Below, in pieces: positions 36,090-40,294 of a DNA stretch of 40,294 nt. Numbering within the stretch: position 1 is the first letter of the stretch; every line of letters begins with the position of its first letter. The translations under genes and the position numbers were made by a program. Below the pieces are notes generated by a model that did not search any database, was not told the DNA's origin, and was given only the letters and a program-made list of their open reading frames with translations. Source of the stretch: Lama guanicoe (lineage: Eukaryota); NCBI GenBank assembly GCA_013239625.1, contig MU054323.1, positions 9,227,220-9,267,513 of the forward strand, given 5' to 3'.

Positions 36090-36233
36090 TTAAGGAGAGG
36101 ACTGTTAATATACACACATACACATACACACATATAATTTTGAAGACATGTTATAAACAAGTCTTTAAAAACACAGTTGTATAAAAACAGAACATCTTGA
36201 AAGCACAAATACAAACCAGGTGCACTTAAAGTG
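36090..36233 (+). repeat. Dispersed direct repeat, copy 1 (~140 bp)
   Basis: Aligns with 38474-38611 with about 14 substitutions and 3 indels by hand alignment. Confidence 0.93.
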
Positions 36234-36239
36234 AACCAG

Positions 36240-36784
36240 TGTATTAGTCGGAGTTCAGTCAGGAGACAGAAACCATATCAATAACTTGAGTAAAGTGGAG
36301 GGAGAATACCCAAAAAGGAACAAACTGGGTAGACCCGTTCTCTCATGTCTCCCCTGGGGCCGAGACTCTGACCTCCTTATTGCAGAGGGTGTGGTGCAGC
36401 CCCCTGGATGATGGAGGCCTTCACTTGGGGGTGCTGCAGGCCAGAACTGGTACATAGCCTACTGGGTGCTGGTCGTCCAGGACTGGTGAGGAGAAATGGG
36501 CTGGGTGCCAGTTGAACAGGCTGGAGGGTGAGCGCTGCTGGGTCCCCTGGATGCCTCCGGCAGCTGCACCGTAGGAGCAGCTATGAAACGTACACTAGAA
36601 CCAGGATAAGATACTCCTCTTTATGTTTTGCCTTACCTTGTCCCTCCATCACTTTCTATTGACAAGCTAAATCTTGTACCAGCTGCCAAAGGAAAAATGT
36701 TTACAGGGCCCAGCTCCAGTCTCATAAACAGGACAAAGAAGAGTAGATTTGGGAGATGAGAGGCAATGAATGATAACCAGCACT
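36240..36784 (-). mobile_element. ERVL solo LTR, LTR41/LTR52-like
   Basis: tgtattagtcggagttcagtcaggagacagaaacca ... ccagctgccaaaggaaaaatgtttacagggcccag..gagaggcaat..gataaccagcac. Confidence 0.7.
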
Positions 36785-36799
36785 ACTAAGTAACGCTTA

Positions 36800-37860
36800 G
36801 TGTATCTTCCAGTTTATTGTTTTCTGCTGTGACTAACTTGTTATTAAATCCATCTAATGAGTTCTTAATTTTAGGTAATATATTCTTCAATTCTATAATT
36901 CTTTTTGGTTCTTTTCTGTAGGTTCTTTGGTGAATTTATCTTTTCATCTATAGTTTTCTCCATTTTCTTGTACACACTAATTGTATTTATTTTCAAGTCC
37001 TTATGAACCAATTTCAATATCTGGAATATTTTAGGGTCTATTTGTTTTGCCTGCTTTTTTTTTTCTTTGCTTCTCAGTCATGTGGTCCTGAATGTTTCTA
37101 GTTGTTTTGAGTGAATTTTTAAATATTCTGGTTAAAAGACTATAGAGGCTCCAGATGATACTCTCATCTTCTGGAGAGAGTCTTTGTCCCCTCTCACAGG
37201 CAGACACGTGTTGACTGATCACCTGACTCCAGACAGACTGTGCTGGGTTGAGGCTTGTTGATGGCTTAGGTAAGGGTCTGTCTACCTCTGGTTTACTACT
37301 GTTTCTGAGGTAGAGCTCTTCAGGGTTTTCAACTGGGAGTCTGGAGTGGTCAGTGTTCCTTGACCCTTCTAAGTGCCTTGACCAATAAAATATTTTAAAA
37401 TAGGCTGCCGTGTTATTTATCAAATTATTCAAACATCCAAACAGCATGGATCTTTGCCCAGACAGATCCCATACTCTAAATTTTCTCTTGTAAGACTGCT
37501 GCTCTGCTTTTCAGAAGTGGTTGCTTAATTTTTAGCTTCTTGCCCTTGGGCTGCCCCGGAATTTATCACATGTCTTGAGCTGCATGTTTGAAGTCTCTCA
37601 GGACTCTGTTCTTATGATTCTTCTGAGTCCAACAGCAGCTTTGTGCTGTGCAAAGCCTGGATTCTCAGCCTTCCTCCTGTGCCCAGAATTTTCAGATGTC
37701 CCAGGGGTACCTCTCCCTCATGTTCTCTCCTTTCTGAATTCTCAGCCTCTCCAGTTCTCATTGCTCTAGCAGACATCAAATACCTTCCGATATCTGGCTT
37801 TCCAGTTGTTCTTTTTGAGATTGCTGGTTTGTACAAAGCTACTCCATCCTGTCTGGATGC
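36800..37860 (-). mobile_element. Old L1M 5' region (ORF1/5'UTR-like), decayed
   Basis: aaatccatctaatgagttcttaatttt..ttcaattcta, tagaggctccagatgat, a T-rich antisense L1 signature. Confidence 0.55.
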
Positions 37861-38473
37861 CTCAATCAGTTGTCCTACATGTAATTTTGCCCTTTACTTT
37901 GAAAGCAAAAGTATAAACTTTTAGTGGGCCATAAATACCACTTACTTTGTTGGCAAGAATACAGAATTAAGAAAAAAAATCATTAAGAGTAAAAATATTT
38001 GATTTAATAAAAATACTCAATAACATTAACTAATACAAGTTAATAAAATATAAAAGATGATATACCTCCTTTTTTATGAAAACCTAGATTTTAAGTTCCT
38101 GAAGATTTTCCTAAGATAGAAGGAAACAAGGTTAACATTATTTAGAGATGGCATCTCTGGTTCTCTTGAGCTAAATGCAGCTTGGATTCAAAGTATGTAT
38201 CAAGCATGATCCAAGTGAATATGAGAAAATTACCAGAAATTTCAATGCAAAATTGGTTTATGTGCTGATGAGTTAAAACCTCTGTATTTTCACTATTACC
38301 TATTTTTACTTATCAGCTATGGAAACATTTTATGAAGTAGGAAGAATGCTGATATTGTTATTTGTAAAATGTACCTCCTAAGGGGAGATAGTGGAAGACC
38401 TTTGGTTTAAAGATGATAATTTATCAATTCATTTATTTTTTCCAAAGGTGTTGCTACTATAACCAATTGTGGG

Positions 38474-38611
38474 TTAAGGAGAGGAGTATTAATATATACA
38501 CATATGCATACACACATAATTTTGAAGGCATGTGTTATAAACAAGACTTGAAAAGCACAGTTGTAGAAAAACAGAACATCTTGAAAGTACAAACAAGGTA
38601 CATTTAAAATG
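38474..38611 (+). repeat. Dispersed direct repeat, copy 2
   Basis: Matches 36090-36233. Confidence 0.93.
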
Positions 38612-39659
38612 TTTACTCTCATAAGACAAATGAAAAAAAGGCAAATCAAGTTATTTTTTGAAATCCAATGGCAAATATAACATTTAGCAGATGTTACCAG
38701 TTTTGGTTTACTCAACTGAATTTGTAAAAATGCTTTTGGGCAAATGAGGTACTGAATTGCATGTGAAGTATTCAGTTCAAAAATGTGCTTATTTGGAAGA
38801 GTTACTTAATGATCAGTTTCGAAGATCATCATTGTCTTTGGCCGGTCATCTCTCTTTGTCATCCTCTCTTTATCACCTTTTTTCCCCTCCAGCACTCTCC
38901 CCAAAGAGTTGGATGTTTAAATTATAATAATGTATTTTTATTATTAACAGCATATAAAACACAGATTAAGTACTAAGAAAAGCACATCCTTAATCCCATA
39001 CAATTTAGAAATGAATATTATTAATATTTTAGTGTATTTACTCCAGTATTTTTCTGTCATGTGCATACTTGTCCTCTACAGTTGTCAGTAATTTTTTCTT
39101 AACTTTACCTACTATTGTAAGTGTTTTTCCTTACAAATTCATCTAAAGCATCTTTTAAAATTGGCTTCTATTCTTTTGACCTGTCCCTGATGGTTAGTGC
39201 CTCCTCAAGAAAATAGATGTGTCTCAAATCAGTCCTTTTTCTTTATTTTTAAGTTTGTTTTTCATTGAAAACAATGAGCTTCACTTAGGGCTATTAACTA
39301 AGTGAAATGGGAATAATTTGTGAATTCTTAATACCTAGTAGATGATGGTGATAACTTACTAAAAAAGTTTATAATTTATAAGTCTAATTTCTGTGAATAG
39401 GGATTCTACGCACATTTCTCTTAAGAAAGTAAGGGTGAAATTAAGGTTTTAATGAAACAACATGCAAACTATTTTCGGCTAACACATACACAGCATTGAG
39501 TGGAGATGAAAAACTCTTCCTTTCAAGAGGACTTTGGTTTAATTGGAGAAACAGAACCTAAACATAAAAAGAAAAATATTGTAGCATACAGCAGTGTATT
39601 ATCATAACTCATCCTACATACCTCTGTAGCTCTACTGTTTTGTCCAGTAGTTGTTTGTT

Positions 39660-40170
39660 TCCATTTTAATCTTCTCTGCCATTCCTAGAGCACCTTGAAG
39701 GCAGAGACCATATCTTATTCACCTTTAATTTCCCTAACACTTATTTGTGGTAAGGCACTTAGCAAGTTACACATTATTTTTTAAAAAATAAATTAATGAA
39801 TATGCTAAGTACCACATTAATGGTACAGGAGTTCTGATGAAGTGATTATTGCACCTTTATGATTATCTGAGGCTTTGTGGGGGGAGGAAGGATTTTAGCT
39901 GGGTCTTTAAGCAGGATTAGGATTTAGAAGGTGAACTGAAGGGATGGCACTGTAGTCAGGAAGACAAAGATACAGAGAAGCATCATAAACCAAGAATGGC
40001 ATGTTGGAAGCATTGAGCAAACCAGTTTTCTTGGAGTAGAGCTTGCATAGGTAGAGTAGAAAATACAGTTACAGAAGCAGATTGAAGCAAAATTGTGAGG
40101 GGTTTAGAATACAAAGCTAAAGATCATTCATTATAGGTTTAGGCTGTGATTTTAAGGAACTGCTGCAGGT
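39660..40170. mobile_element. Tail-to-tail L2 fragments
   Basis: + strand ccttgaaggcagagaccatatcttattcacctt..taaggcacttag, followed by antisense L2-like purine-rich sequence. Confidence 0.6.
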
Positions 40171-40294
40171 TTTGTTTTATTTTGTTTTCCTTTTTAAAAA
40201 AATTATGGTTTATCTAGACGTGCTTTTGTGAGATGTTCATGGTCTGAAGATATTTTTTTTCCCTAAAGTATTGAGGATTCTAGAAATTTTTTTT

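Larger units (their letters stand above)
27415..40294 (+). other. BABAM2: BABAM2 intron downstream of the exon (partial, >12 kb)
   Basis: Starts with the GTGAGT donor. The next expected peptide (NLASWNPSNPE...) was not recognised in the window. Confidence 0.8.

Noticed and set aside
35966..38715. Two similar minus-strand ORFs sharing FQDVLF..NC.F..LFIT (35966-36214, 38407-38715) as a gene pair
   Set aside because: The similarity comes only from the 140-bp DNA duplication, and the frames run into unrelated flanking sequence.
1..40294. CRISPR array, operon or prokaryotic defence system
   Set aside because: The sequence is mammalian intron. There are no regularly spaced repeat-spacer units and no gene-dense ORF structure.

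Overview
This is mammalian genomic DNA, most likely from a camelid, because it carries two tRNA-Ala-derived SINEs of the Vic-1 type. The window lies inside BABAM2 (BRE/BRCC45) on the + strand. It contains one 95-nt internal coding exon (27320-27414, [32 protein letters not shown]); the rest is intron. The introns are mostly transposon remains: a young, 5'-truncated, sense-strand L1 with a perfect 16-bp target-site duplication (TSD) and an assembly gap, older antisense L1MB/MC/ME pieces, L2, MIR, L3/CR1, MaLR/ERVL solo LTRs and hAT MITEs. Nearly all ORF-track entries are spurious or L1-derived. I find no convincing new multi-gene system. The best leads are a candidate recursive splice site or poison exon (1876-2205), an RBFOX motif overlapping the BABAM2 exon donor, a ~140-bp local duplication at an L1 deletion junction, a MITE with apparently co-evolved terminal repeats, and a thrice-used retrotransposon target site. 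Repeat subfamily names come from remembered consensus sequences and need RepeatMasker/Dfam confirmation.
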